Assembly (NCBI GenBank): GCA_027923505.1
Contig: BROI01000001.1
Span: forward strand, 124,001-188,000
Source: Mayamaea pseudoterrestris
Taxonomy: Eukaryota
Direction: 5' to 3'
DNA: 64,000 bases
Part shown: positions 10,128 through 22,400 of the stretch, one piece after another
Numbering within the stretch: position 1 is the first letter of the stretch
Layout: the number at the start of each line of letters is the position of its first letter
Translations under genes and position numbers: made by a program
Notes under the pieces: generated by a model
The model's database searches: none
The model's input: only the letters and a program-made list of their open reading frames with translations
What the model was told of the DNA's origin: nothing

Positions 10128-10715
10128 TCACCTTCGCTTCCGCCTTGAACCAACTCCACGCGCACTAGAACCCGCACCAATGACTCCAACGCTGGCGTTC
10201 AACCGTGGCGCTAATCCTCCATGCTGCATGAAAAAGTCTCTCCACGTGTGCGCCGCGTCCGTGTTGCCAGTCAGCCACTCGCGAAAGGCCTCGCAGGTTT
10301 TGCACTCCTCCACGAGCTCGGCAGACAGTCCCAGCTGCTGCTCGCAGGCGATCCGAAAGGATTCTTCCTCCGACTGACTAATAATAATGTCATTATTGCT
10401 ACTACCGCTTCTACCAGTCAGTTCCTGCTGCAGTACTTCGTATGCGAGTGTGACTTTGATAAAGTCGGAATGCGCCGCTGCAACATCATTATCGTCATTA
10501 TCATTACTTGAAGATCCTCGGACAATGTCAGGATGGCATTCCTTGGCGCGTTTAAAGTAAGCGAATCGAATGTCCATCATGGTTAATTCTTGTGATGCAT
10601 GAGGAGGAAGTCCAAGGAGTGATCGCGCTGCTCGAGACGAGATGCATCGATGAATGATGCTCCTGACTCGACGATCCATTGGCAGCAGAAGCGAAACGGA
10701 ATGGATGAAGCGCAT
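10128..10715 (-). CDS. DnaJ (J-domain) protein, probably organellar
   Basis: LLGL...IRFAYFKRAKECHPD...FIKVTLAYEVL. Arg-rich N-terminus. Confidence 0.85.
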   Translation of the reverse strand: MRFIHSVSLLLPMDRRVRSIIHRCISSRAARSLLGLPPHASQELTMMDIRFAYFKRAKECHPDIVRGSSSNDNDDNDVAAAHSDFIKVTLAYEVLQQELTGRSGSSNNDIIISQSEEESFRIACEQQLGLSAELVEECKTCEAFREWLTGNTDAAHTWRDFFMQHGGLAPRLNASVGVIGAGSSARGVGSRRKRR

Positions 10716-11038
10716 GACTTGATCAATCTATATTATATTTTGGTCCCTTCTTACTCGAGTCGTCGGCTTGTCTTACTCATGAGATGACTACGGTAGCCTC
10801 CCAAGGTAGATGAAAAATGATCGCGTCATGGTGGAGTGTGGTCACGCATCGTCACACCAGCTGAGCGTCGCACCGCGAGCTGATCGATCGTTTTCAAAGC
10901 CGTGTAATAATCGGCGCGCCTTCGCGGCCGCTCGTTTGCGTCGCTCATTCATCATTCGTCTCCTCCAGATCGGCAGTTTCAGTTGTTCGCCTTGCGTGCG
11001 CCCGCTTCACTATCCTCCAACATTCTCCTTTAACTATA

Positions 11039-13438
11039 ATGTCAAAGGAACCATCTGCTGCTGCTAGCGCAGTAGTCGCTTGGACGAACGACTTGCAGGC
11101 TGACTTTGAGCAAATCGTCCGCGTCGGAGAGGAATGCATTTCCGAGCATGAAGTCAAAGCATTGCTAACAAAGAAACAAGCAAACGCAACGCAGGTGGAA
11201 GCAGCAGCAGCAGCTACTACTCCATCATCATCATGTCCCATTATATTATACGATGGCTTTGAACCATCCGGTCGCATGCACATTGCGCAGGGCGTCTTCA
11301 AAGCCATGAACGTGAATCGCTTGACGAGTCTTCATACGTGCGATGCGAGATTCGTCTTTTGGGTGGCCGACTGGTTCGCCCTCATGAACGACAAGATGGG
11401 TGGCTCGCTCGAAAAGATTCAAACGGTGGGACACTACTTGATCCAGGTGTGGAAGGCGGCTGGCATGAATCTTGCAAAAGTTGATTTCAAGTGGGCAAGC
11501 ATTGAAATCACGCAGCATGCCAATATTTACTGGCCCATGATGCTTGACATTGCGCGACGATTCAACGTGACGCGCATTAAAAAGTGCTGCCAAATCATGG
11601 GTCGTTTGGAAGGAACATTGTCAGCTGCTCAAGTCTTGTATCCACTCATGCAGTGCACCGATGTATTTTTCCTCAAGGCGGACGTTTGCCAACTTGGCGT
11701 CGACCAGCGCAAGGTCAACATGCTTGCGCGCGAGTACTGCGAGGCGGCGGGACGCAAAGTCAAGCCAATCATATTGAGTCATCACATGTTGTATGGTTTA
11801 AAGGCTGGACAGGAAAAAATGAGCAAGTCTGATCCAAATAGTGCAGTCTTTATGGAGGACTCTGCTGATGACGTGGAACGCAAGATTCTTTCGGCGTATT
11901 GTCCGAGTCGATTGGAAACTCTAGAAGGAGTGGAACGTGATACTACAGTGACAGACACGACGGATCACAATGATGTGGAGGACGCTGGCAAGGCGTCAAT
12001 GCATTTGACGGTTGACAATTTGAAGAACCCTTGCCTCGATTACATTCATCACATTATATTTTCAGCACCAAATGCAACGTTTACGGCTGATGAGATTGTT
12101 TACAAGGACTATGCAAGTGTTGAAGCAGCGTTTTTGAGTGGAGACATGTCGGAAGACTCGTTGAAACGAGGACTCATTGATGCACTGAATCATTTGCTTG
12201 AACCTGTTCGTAGTCATTTCATTAACGATCCTGAAGCCAAGCGATTACTTGAATGTGTGCAGCAGTACAAGAAGGACTCGGTGACGACGGTGACGGAGCA
12301 GCAAACGGTGAGGCGACTTGACTTGGTCAAGCTTGGCAAGGTTGCGCCTGATTCGCACTTGGTATTTGCACCACTCCCGACGGCATCGCCTTCTCTACAA
12401 GATTCAGTCCACTTGATTGCGCTACTGAAACATGGCACGGAAAGTGAAAATGGCAATGATACAGCTAATACACCTGATTCACAAACACCAATCATTTTGT
12501 TTCTCAGCGACTGGTCTGCTCGCGTCTGCAACGCTTGCCAGGCCGACGTCAAGGCAATTACAGCCTACTATACCATTTTGCTGGCAAGTCTCAAGGCGCT
12601 TGATGCTGGGTTAATGAGTCGCGTTCAAGTCGTTTGGCAGTCCGAAGCTATTCTTGCTGATCCGTCCAACTACTGGATCAGTGTCATCAATGTCGGTCGG
12701 CACTTTTCGTTGAACAAGGTCATGGGAGCTCAAATGCAGGATAGCGAGTGCGTTGGCCTTGTGATTGCGCGCTTGATGCGCGTGGCTGACGTGGTTGGCA
12801 TTGCTCCAAAGATTTTGGTGATGCTTGATCATGATGCTGATTCAATTGTTGTCACGGAGCTGGTCGAGGACTTTTATAATGACAAACTTGCAAAGGAATT
12901 GACTTTGCCAGTAGTCGCCTTGACCATGGGAGCTATTATAAGGTTGCAGGCGGAACGTGAGTCGGAGGCGCTAGTGTTGGAGAATGACGAGTATTACATA
13001 CTGGACGATCCTAAGGTAAGCGACGACAAGGAATTCTGACCGACGTTTGAAGTTGCATCAAAAATGCTCATTTTCCTTGTGCATTTGCAGGTCCACGGTA
13101 AATCCAAGCTGAAGAAGGCATTCTGTGAACCAGGAAATATAAGCTTTTGTCCACCGATTCAGCTTTCATCTGTCTTTGCAATCAATGGTGCAGCAAAGCA
13201 ACTCGTCGTGAGTCGATCGCCCGATAATGGTGGCGACGTTGTATACCAAAATGTGCAGGCACTCGAAAGCGACTTTTGCAGCGGCGCGCTCCATCCGGGC
13301 GATTTGAAAGCATCTGTGGCGACCGTTATGGTCGCCGTGTTGGAGCAATTATCAACCGAGCTCAAACAAGCGGATGCTGCAAAGGCGGCCAAAGATCTGA
13401 AGGCGTACCAGAAGAAGGCGGCGAAGAGTAAAAAGTAA
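11039..13438 (+). CDS. YARS: Tyrosyl-tRNA synthetase, double-length (pseudo-dimer) type; intron 13016-13090
   Basis: YDGFEPSGRMHIAQ, YPLMQCTD, LGVDQRK and KMSKS motifs. A degenerate second half ends in KLKKAFC...LHPGDLK. Confidence 0.95.
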
Positions 13439-13683
13439 TGCCGTAATAATGTATACTCGTTATGTATACGATTGGCAAGGCATCTAAAGTATGCTTAACA
13501 ATAATACATGAGGTCATGCCTTTGCAATCGACAATGACTATGATCTAGACAACTATAGATCAAGCACCAGCCAACAACGCCACATATTTCGCACTCGCAA
13601 GGTTTCAGCCAAGTGAATGTAGCGAACCACTGGTCATGTCATGCCATTATTATTTTTGTTGTATCACCATTTTTTCATTACTA

Positions 13684-14767
13684 CTAGAACGAAAATTGCC
13701 GTCGCACGCGAATGTCCGCCGCCAAGGCCTTTAACGTCGTTGCTTCCAGTGGTAGTTTCAAATCAGTTACCCAGCTTCCGCCAGAAGCACTCGCGTCGGT
13801 CCAAGTCACGTAAATGGCACTGGAGAAATAAAAAGAAGGATAGGTTAGTGCATGAGAGATTAAAATTATAACTAGGAGGGAGAAAGGCGTATTGAGACAT
13901 CTTCACCACCTCCGACTTCACCATAAATTCATATAACACTCACCTCGTCGGGTCCACCTTGGTCACGAGACTCGATCCAGCGCGCAGCGACAAGTTCCAC
14001 TGGTACATCATTTTGGCAGTATTCAAATAAATGGTTGGCGCGATCGAGTTGCGCGCGTCAATTTGATGGAGAATCGACAAGGTTGGATGCGGATACATGT
14101 AGTTGAGCACCGCCTTGGTGCGACCCTGCACGCCGGTGATGGCTTCAATGCGACAGCCACTTCCAAGGGAAGTCACGGTAGTTGAATCGAACGCAGCAGT
14201 CTGCTGTCCATTACCAAGAGCCAGTGTAGGTTGAATGCGAATGCTGGAAAGAGAAGCATATGGAAGGTTCAACAAAAAGCTTCCCTGCAGCACATTCAAA
14301 AACCAGCTTGCCTTTGGCCGACTAGCAAATCGAGCCGAGAGCCAATGAGGTCCTCTCGACGCTTCCAACGTCAAACCATTGGCTCCGGTGTCAAGCTGGT
14401 GGGATGGCTGCACCAAAACGTCGCAAGCTGGTGTACTAAACTTTGCGGTTCCTTCAATAAACTGCGGTAGTCGACGGACCGCATGATACTGGTAACCAGA
14501 CTTGAGTGCAATCTGCTTCAGATTTGGAATCCAATTTGGAAGAGGCGGTCGAGTGCTTGTCAATTGCCAAACGGCATTTGGAGAAAGGGCTCCCAAGTCG
14601 AGCCATGGAAGTTTTGGGGACGACGATGTAGTGGACGATGGAGGTTCGCTAGCTGCTGGGTCTTTCAGCGTGACTGTCACGACGGGACCATTCATCAGGA
14701 AGCGAGCTGCTTCCCCCAGTGGTATACAAGAGCATAGTAGATATAATTTTGTCAAATGGTTTCGCAT
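13684..14767 (-). CDS. Presequence-bearing beta-strand-rich protein (candidate beta-barrel); intron 13820-13943
   Basis: A GTGAGT donor at 13943 and CAG acceptor at 13820 join the ORF to AIYVTWTD...IRVRRQFSF*. ATG at 14767 gives a signal-like MRNHLTKLYLLCSCIPLGEAARF. Confidence 0.65.
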
Positions 14768-14977
14768 GATGCTGATATTGCCGGAGAATGATGGAGGGGA
14801 TGCGGCAGTTGATGCTTGGACGACGCGAAAAGATCGCGAAAGCGTGACGAAAAGTCGCACCGGTGATTAGAAACCGGTAAGACACAGTTTGAAGATGAAC
14901 GCATCCACTCATTCATTTTTTTCATACCAATTCAGGATCAAACAAAGTTTCTCTTTTTGCTGCCATTGTCTTTTTCC

Positions 14978-16789
14978 ATGACTCTTGCTAGCAGTAGTAG
15001 TAGCAGCAAAAGCAGCAAGAAACAAAAGAGGTCCCAAACAACTTTGAATCCCTTGGCAGCCGCTCGCCCCAAGAGCAAGTCGCTGGAAAGCATATGGCAT
15101 GTTAAATCGGGCTACGGATACCAACTGTTCGTCGATTATTACTACCATCAAGCGCCCGGAATAGTTTCCGAAGCCAAATGTCAATGCTGCGTCACTTTTA
15201 GCAGAAGTGATGACGGCCGAGCAGAAGCTGACAAGGCAATTAAGACAACGAAACCTTCAGCTGTTTCGACATTTGCATCATCTACTGCACCTGGTAAGGG
15301 ACTCTCGAGAGCTTCCATGCGTAGAAAGAAGCGAAAAGGAGAGGCTATTGATCAAGTAGAGGTAGAAAACAAAGCTACAGCAGCAGACGTTGAAAATGAC
15401 GAGCAGACGAATGTTGCTAGTGAGGCATCTACCAGTCGAACCATTAATGCACGACTCTTGCAGTATTACCAAACAGCCGCAACGTCAAATTGCACGTGCG
15501 GATTTGCAGCTTTCATTCGGACGCTGACACGTCCGCTTCCAGTGACCTTTCGTGTGCGGACGCACCAGTTGCCTACCGTTCGCAATCAACTACTGAAACA
15601 GTTACAGCAATCAGCCAATACGAATGCAAACGTGTCATTGACCTTGCCAACGACAATGTCAACCAGCAAGTTGATTCTGTTTTCCGTACCCGACGCATCG
15701 TTGCTCAAAAAGCCGCAATATGCTCCCCTCGCCGAGCTGTTGCAGCAGGGAACTACCAATGGAACACTGGCGCGACAAGAAACTGGAAGTCTCTTGCCCG
15801 TGTTGGCCGTGCGCAACTACTTGGAGCAACAACAGTCACGACAAAACATTCGAAGAGTCTTGGACTTGTGCAGTGCGCCTGGTAGTAAAACATTGCAGCT
15901 TGTCGAGTGGATGACGGAAATTCATGAACAGCAGCAGCAGCAGCAGAACCATGAGCCGCAACCAACAATAAAGCCAATCGTTATTCGAGCCAATGATGTG
16001 AATCCCCGCCGACTCGAGGAGCTACAAGATGCCATTCTGCGTTCAGGTGTCTTGTCGGCCAGAGGCGTAAACGCTGCCGTCAAGCTAAAATACACAAACC
16101 AAGACGCGAGTCGGTATATTGACGCCAAGAAGAAGGTATTCTATGACATTATACTGGTTGACGTTCCTTGTAGTGGTGACGGAACGGTGCGCAAGGATGC
16201 TCGCGTCTTGCCGTATTGGACGCCTCGAACGGCACTTGGTTTGCATGCGCTACAAGTTAAAATCTTGACGCGGTCGTTGCACTTGCTGGCAGTGGGTGGC
16301 GTTGCTGTCTACAGTACATGCAGCTTGAATCCAGTGGAAAATGAAGCAGTTGTTGCCGCAGCCATGGGAATTATAAACCGCCGCGCAAATGAAAGCGAAA
16401 TCAAAAGTAAGGGAGGCGGAGCAGGATTGGCTGGAGATGCCAAGTATCGGCTGGTGAACGTTTGTGTTCCGGAAGTTATCTTGTCAGAGAAGTGCCGAAG
16501 AGGAATTTTGTCTTGGAAAGTGGCCGACTACGTTGCCAGCGCAAATGTATCTTCTAGCGATTTTGATGGCGACAGTGACGATCAAGACACGGAGAAAGCT
16601 TCCTTGACATGGTATGAGACACATGACCAAGCCAGGGCTGCCGAAATGGGTGGGGCGCTACCGTCAATGTGGCCGCCAGCTCGTAGCGATGGAGACGAGC
16701 CAATTCCGCTTGATGCTTGTTTACGCCTTTGGCCGCAAGACTGTGACACTGGAGGTTTTTTCGTGGCAATGATTGAACGAGTAAAGTGA
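14978..16789 (+). CDS. NOL1/NOP2/Sun family RNA m5C methyltransferase (NSUN2/Trm4-like)
   Basis: VLDLCSAPGSKT, ILVDVPCSGDG, YSTCSLNPVENE and DTGGFFVA motifs. Confidence 0.9.
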   Translation: MTLASSSSSSKSSKKQKRSQTTLNPLAAARPKSKSLESIWHVKSGYGYQLFVDYYYHQAPGIVSEAKCQCCVTFSRSDDGRAEADKAIKTTKPSAVSTFASSTAPGKGLSRASMRRKKRKGEAIDQVEVENKATAADVENDEQTNVASEASTSRTINARLLQYYQTAATSNCTCGFAAFIRTLTRPLPVTFRVRTHQLPTVRNQLLKQLQQSANTNANVSLTLPTTMSTSKLILFSVPDASLLKKPQYAPLAELLQQGTTNGTLARQETGSLLPVLAVRNYLEQQQSRQNIRRVLDLCSAPGSKTLQLVEWMTEIHEQQQQQQNHEPQPTIKPIVIRANDVNPRRLEELQDAILRSGVLSARGVNAAVKLKYTNQDASRYIDAKKKVFYDIILVDVPCSGDGTVRKDARVLPYWTPRTALGLHALQVKILTRSLHLLAVGGVAVYSTCSLNPVENEAVVAAAMGIINRRANESEIKSKGGGAGLAGDAKYRLVNVCVPEVILSEKCRRGILSWKVADYVASANVSSSDFDGDSDDQDTEKASLTWYETHDQARAAEMGGALPSMWPPARSDGDEPIPLDACLRLWPQDCDTGGFFVAMIERVK

Positions 16790-17025
16790 TAAAATGCAAA
16801 CGCCATACCTTTGATGGTTTTTTAAATTGTACCGGTAGCAGTATTGAAGCTGTCTGAACTCTGCCTAAATGTTTGCCGAATTGCTATCAAGGATCAACCG
16901 AAGTAGACCGATTATGCGCATCAACTTTCATTGCAGCGGCAAACAGCCACGAGGCAAGATTCCTCACATCATGAAGAGCGCCCAATGTTATCTGTCACGT
17001 GCTTTTTCAACCTCACTAAGCTTTT

Positions 17026-18786
17026 TCACTTGACATCTCCAACCATTGTCCTTACGTTAGCCATGGCTAGTCTTCGACTCTCGATCGCACGGTCCATCAG
17101 GTATTTGGCCAGTAGACTTGGGAAATTTTGCACTTCTTTGTATGAAGGAAAGTAGTTGACGTCGACGACGAGCATCGTTTGTTGAGAATATTCTTTGGTA
17201 GCGGATACAATCAGGACGTCAAACCCAAACAGATCGAGCCCAAACGCTTGCTTGAGTGCGTCGACCACCGGCATTACTTCGTCCACCGACACTAACGTGG
17301 CAGCCTGTGGATTGTGAGGCTTCTGAGACGAAAGTGCCTCGTCATTAAATGTCTGCGACTGATCGCGTTGCCTCTTCTTCAAGTTGCCATCTTGCGCATC
17401 TACTTCGTCGTCTTCGTACCCAAAATCACTCAGCCGCGGATATGGTCTGTGCGAATCAAACTCAACGTAGTTGTATCGACTCTTTGCATCGCGCGGCAAG
17501 TTGGGAAGACTTCGTCGTTGATGAACGCTCACGTAGTCACCTAGCACGTAGACTTTGTAGAGCAACGTATCGTGGTTGGAAAATTCCTGGCAAAGACACG
17601 GCGATTTGGACGCAACCTTATGCAGCCCCGACGAATCCATCAAGACTGCCATTGCATGCGACGCCTTTGTACCAGCCGCAATGAGCGGCTTGACAATGAT
17701 AGGATACGACAAGCCTTGCAGTTGTCTCTCAATGTGTTGGCTGGTTGTTTGACTAGTTTCGCCATGGCCATTCGGTAGTCGACTCACTACTGAATATTTG
17801 GGCGACGAAACGTGCATGCCCGACTTCGTCGCAACGTTTCGCAGACAGGTTTGTAGCTTGGACGCAATCTCACTCCGCGACATGACAATTTGCACCCGAT
17901 CCGGATCGTCCACCAGGCAGCAGTGTGGCTGTTCGCGGCGAAAGTCGGCCAGTCGCTGGACGCGGCGAATGGCGGCTTGATCGGATGCAGACAGCTCATC
18001 TTGACATCGTCCGTCCTTTTGACTCGAATGCAGCTGACTCATGCAAAGAATATCCTCGGTGAGCTTGTGCAAAATAATGTCAATCTTTCCGCCATGCTGA
18101 TCCTGAAAGGGATAATCTGGATCCAGTGGAACAAAGGAGACTCGTACTATGGGTCGTTGCTGCTGCAAGCCATTTCCAAAGGAATGCATCAATCCTAACG
18201 TATCGCTGCTAGTTGTCGTTGCCGTTCGGTGACTGTCCGTATTGGTATTTGTTGACACTGCCGTTCCATATTCAGTGGACCCAGAGTCGGAGCAGGTGGA
18301 TTGAAATTTTCGCACAATGTGAGCAAGACTGCAGGCGGATCCTCGACTGCTGCTCCTGTAGCCATTGTCCGTCATGGAAAATATGACATTGCTACAAGTT
18401 TGGCTCTTGTTCGTCTTATTGCCGCATTCGCCTTCTCGTTCCCTATCCTCCGATTCATCTAGCGATAGGTGCATGACTCGTTCTTCCTCGCAATCCTTGT
18501 CGTCCAGCTCGGGCGAGACGATCCTTTGTACATTGTCATCGCTTCCTTCAGTTGCTGCTGCTGGATTGTACGTATCTGCAAACGCACTTGAAGCATAGTA
18601 GGAAAGATTTGCCTCCGCTGTGAATTTAGTCTTGCTTGCTTCCGCCATGACCACTCCCATGGTACTCATTTTCTTTGGACCAAAGGCATAGCCGACGACG
18701 ATCGGTCGATCGAGTAGCATGCTGTAGTCTGGATTCACTTTGGTTGCAACAGAGGTATCGGGTTCGCTCATGGTTGTATGATGCAT
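17026..18786 (-). CDS. ITPK1: Inositol-tetrakisphosphate 1-kinase (ATP-grasp)
   Basis: VGYAFGPKK, IILHKL, YPIIVKPLIAAG..SH.M, QEFSNH...YKVYV, RRSLPN, LFGFDV and VDVNYFPSY motifs. Start is 18786 or 18771. Confidence 0.9.
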   Translation of the reverse strand: MHHTTMSEPDTSVATKVNPDYSMLLDRPIVVGYAFGPKKMSTMGVVMAEASKTKFTAEANLSYYASSAFADTYNPAAATEGSDDNVQRIVSPELDDKDCEEERVMHLSLDESEDREREGECGNKTNKSQTCSNVIFSMTDNGYRSSSRGSACSLAHIVRKFQSTCSDSGSTEYGTAVSTNTNTDSHRTATTTSSDTLGLMHSFGNGLQQQRPIVRVSFVPLDPDYPFQDQHGGKIDIILHKLTEDILCMSQLHSSQKDGRCQDELSASDQAAIRRVQRLADFRREQPHCCLVDDPDRVQIVMSRSEIASKLQTCLRNVATKSGMHVSSPKYSVVSRLPNGHGETSQTTSQHIERQLQGLSYPIIVKPLIAAGTKASHAMAVLMDSSGLHKVASKSPCLCQEFSNHDTLLYKVYVLGDYVSVHQRRSLPNLPRDAKSRYNYVEFDSHRPYPRLSDFGYEDDEVDAQDGNLKKRQRDQSQTFNDEALSSQKPHNPQAATLVSVDEVMPVVDALKQAFGLDLFGFDVLIVSATKEYSQQTMLVVDVNYFPSYKEVQNFPSLLAKYLMDRAIESRRLAMANVRTMVGDVK

Positions 18787-19453
18787 GCATGTATAGCCTT
18801 GATATATTCGCGGTCGATGGAGGTCGGAATGTAGCGAGTTCGCGAAGCGTGCGTAAAAACGGGTTGAATTGGGATGGAAAGAATCGCTTCGTCGCTTCAG
18901 TGTCAATCAATATCTCATCCTACTTGCTTCGCTACTCTATTCTTCGCTTGTCTTTTCTCGTAGCCTTTTAGATCCCGCCGCAAAATCTGCCAAGATCCTA
19001 CGCAGCGACGTCGATGATTGTTTGTGGGTCTCGTCGCGGCGTCTGTCGTGGTGCGTCATAGTCAGAGCGAGAACCGGTACGATCAGTTAGTCTCGGTAAG
19101 ACATGCAGGACTCTCGGGCACGTCCCGGTAGGTAAAAAAGGAATGATCCGTCTACCAATAGGTGGCACAATTAGGCCAATGCTTTGGAATGAACACGATC
19201 AATCATCTGCCTGCTCTCTAAACGTGCCAGAGTTTGATTCCAGAGTCCAGGTGTGTGGAAGGAGTCTTTACCTGGACGGGACACAGAACCTTTATGCCCG
19301 CGGAAGGAGTCTACCATGCCGCATCAAAAATCAGTAAGTCGCAAAGAATTTGCACGAGTGATGAAATATTATACGAGTACTCATTATATATTTACACATA
19401 GAGAAGATATTCTAATCGCCCTACCGTCAAAACCGGGCCATTTTGCTTTGACG

Positions 19454-22400
19454 TTATTGCTTTACAACAGAAGCGCTATGCAACAGTCGAGGAAGCTCCA
19501 GCTTGATTTGAGCATCCTGAATATCAAGCTTGCTCAACACTTCAGACTCGACTACTGGTCCGAACTGAACATTCGCCCATGCCGCACCCGTGTTGACGCA
19601 GGCCTGAACGAGGCCCCCAAAGACAGTTTCCTCCTGCACGAGCGTTCGGACATGTGGCGCCGACAAGTCGTTCTCCTTGACAATAATCTCCTTCCAGAGC
19701 AAGTGATCATCGGCAATGGCGCGTGTCCAGACAGTAATGGCATTCTTGGAGCATTCGACTGGTGTCTCCATGGAGGCGCAAACAGCCAGCGCCGTGAAGC
19801 AAACGTGAACTTTGTCGTCCAAGCTAGTTGCTGTTCCGAGTCGACGCATTGCCAAGTCAAGAAGATGGTGCGGCGGTAGAAGGTAAGACGGGGTGTTTTC
19901 TTCGCCGCCTTCCAATAAAAGTTCCTGCGCATTTACCAACTCGCGCTTCTTGTCAATCAGATCCCGACGCTTCACGGCAGACTCCTTGTGAAAAGCGGAT
20001 TCTTTCTCGACAATGGCATTGATCAGCTTGGCGTGCCCAAGATTAATCTTGGTTATCTTCAGAGTAGACGCAGAGTGGTCATTGACAGTTTGTACAAGTG
20101 CTTCGGCCGCTCCATTATAGTCGCCGATTCGTGTCGAGTGTATCCAGCGGTACGGACGCAGCTTCTCGTCGTCCATAATTAGCTGACTCAGTGCGTCTGG
20201 GCATTGCTTGCCATAGTTGAAAACATGTCCGACTAGGTTGCGGTCAGAGTGCCACTTCAATACAAATAACGCAAACGGCAAACCTGTCATCAAATCAGTC
20301 TTGCTAGCAAGCGACTCGAAATATTTGTCGAGCGTGAATTCAGCAAAGTCAGACTTGCACTCGTGATCGTGAGCGATCTCGCAAAGTCCTTCAAAGATGC
20401 GGTAGTCAAAGCAGACGTTTCGCACTGTCCCTTCATCTATCTTGACCAGTCGCATGAGCTTGACTCCCATACGTTGAACGTCAACATACTGTTCCTTGAC
20501 ATTCGTCGAGTTGAACCAGTTGAAAAGGTCCTGAGAAGCTTCCAGCGTCAACGGAACAATAATTTGAACGGTGCCAGCGTGCGCAGCAGACGAATTCGCC
20601 TTCCAAAATTCTAAAAGCTGCTTCAGTAGCGCCGGTAGCTGCGTCGTCCACGCTGGCAACTCATCCATCGAGTCAATCGCATATGATTCACCCAGCGTCA
20701 GCAAATCGTATCGATAGGTTCGACTCTCAAGCCGATAGCTCGCAGCTTCCTGCAACGCCAAACATAGCCACTCCAAATAAGCGTCGCGACGATCACTGCC
20801 TTCCTCCGCGCTCAACACTTGATGCTGCATCGCATTCAACCACTTTAAAAGTCCCATTGGCGAAGATAAACCAGTCAATTGATCATTCTCCCATTTAGTC
20901 GACGCTTTGCAGTTTTTGATCACTCGGAATGCGACAATTTGCTGACCCATGGTCAAGAGGCTTTGTCGGCAGGGAGCGGAAAGTCGATGATACAAGCCCG
21001 ATTCCTGCAGAAACGCAAGCAAGGCATGATGAGCGTCCAAATGGTTGGCTGCCGAAGTACTCTCGGCCTGCGAGGTCGCCACTTGCATCACTGCGGCCTG
21101 CAAGTCCGGTAGATTCGCTCGCTTGAGCGAGATGGGAGCGACAGCGGTGGCAGTCGCTTGGTGGTGGTAGTATTGAAGAAATTGCGACTTTAAATGGGAC
21201 GCCAACTGGATAGCAGACACGGAACTTGGACCTGGCGTCAATGCTGCCGATGTCACGTGTTTAGTCGCTTTTGCCTTGGCTGGCGATGCTGGCGCCGGCA
21301 AAACGCGCCGAACAACAAGTCCCAAGCCGCGATTGGTCAGCATGTACACTCCTCCGCCGCCGCAAACTGCCACTCCCTCATCCCGACTTGATACACACCA
21401 AACCTGACCAATGAGATTGTCGGTGCTTCCAGCTCCCGCGTAATTGCTCGCTACAGTGACATCAAGCTCCGTCACTTGATTCTGATAGTAGCACATGAAG
21501 ATTGGCGGCAACAGTAAGGGCGTAGTATTCTGGCTGTGAATTGTCTTTCCTCCAGCTTGCATGACGGCGTAGCAACCTCCATGTGCCGTCGGCACCAGAG
21601 CGCATGAGACGCTGGATGGGTCGACGAATCGATCCAGCGAGTAATGCTCCAGCAATCTCAATCCCCCACAAGCAACAGCATCTCCCGTCGTTGCGTCGCT
21701 ATTGCCAAGCACCAACCAGTAAAGGCGCGTCGTTGTTGCGTCGAACGCGTGCCGATGATGCGTCAAGACAATCATGTGCGTCGTTGCAGCAACGTCATCC
21801 TCTTCGTCGCCGCCGTCGGGATGTTCCTTCCTTACCAAACACGCCGACTGCAGCTCCACCTTGACAATCTCATCATTGTCCACCACCATGGCCATGCTTC
21901 CATTTTGGTGCGCGAATACCTTGTTCCAGTCAATACTTTCGCTCACTGCCTGGGAATTCTGAAACGTCGTCAAGTGATTGGCATTGGAGCGCGTGACGGT
22001 CCAATCTCCAGTGCAAATGGCGTTTTCATTGTATACACTAAAGCGCGTCGGCGAACGAACGAGAATGGATCGAATGGCTGCAACGTCGTTAGTAGTATGC
22101 TGATTATAAACTGCCGCTTTTGGCTTTGACTTGGCGGGCGTCATGACGGCCGCGGAAACCATGCTGAAAATGGACGACAGTGTGCTGCCGGCATTGCCAG
22201 CGTTTGCGTCAGTGACGGCAATTGCGTCGAGCGAACAGGGCGCCAGGCGCTGCGCAATCCAATAAACATTGCCTCGACTGGTTCCAACCAATATCATGGG
22301 CGAGACGGCAGACTTTGATTGTTGCTGCGGCGGCCATGCCACGACAAACTCGGTCAAGAACTCGTCATTGTCGTCGTTTGCATTCATGCTGCTTTCATCG

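Noticed and set aside
15926..15946. CAG microsatellite
   Set aside because: An ordinary short polyQ tract within the methyltransferase.
19253..19879. 208-aa plus-strand ORF
   Set aside because: Mostly antisense to the Nup133-like 3' end, non-ATG start, no protein-like features.
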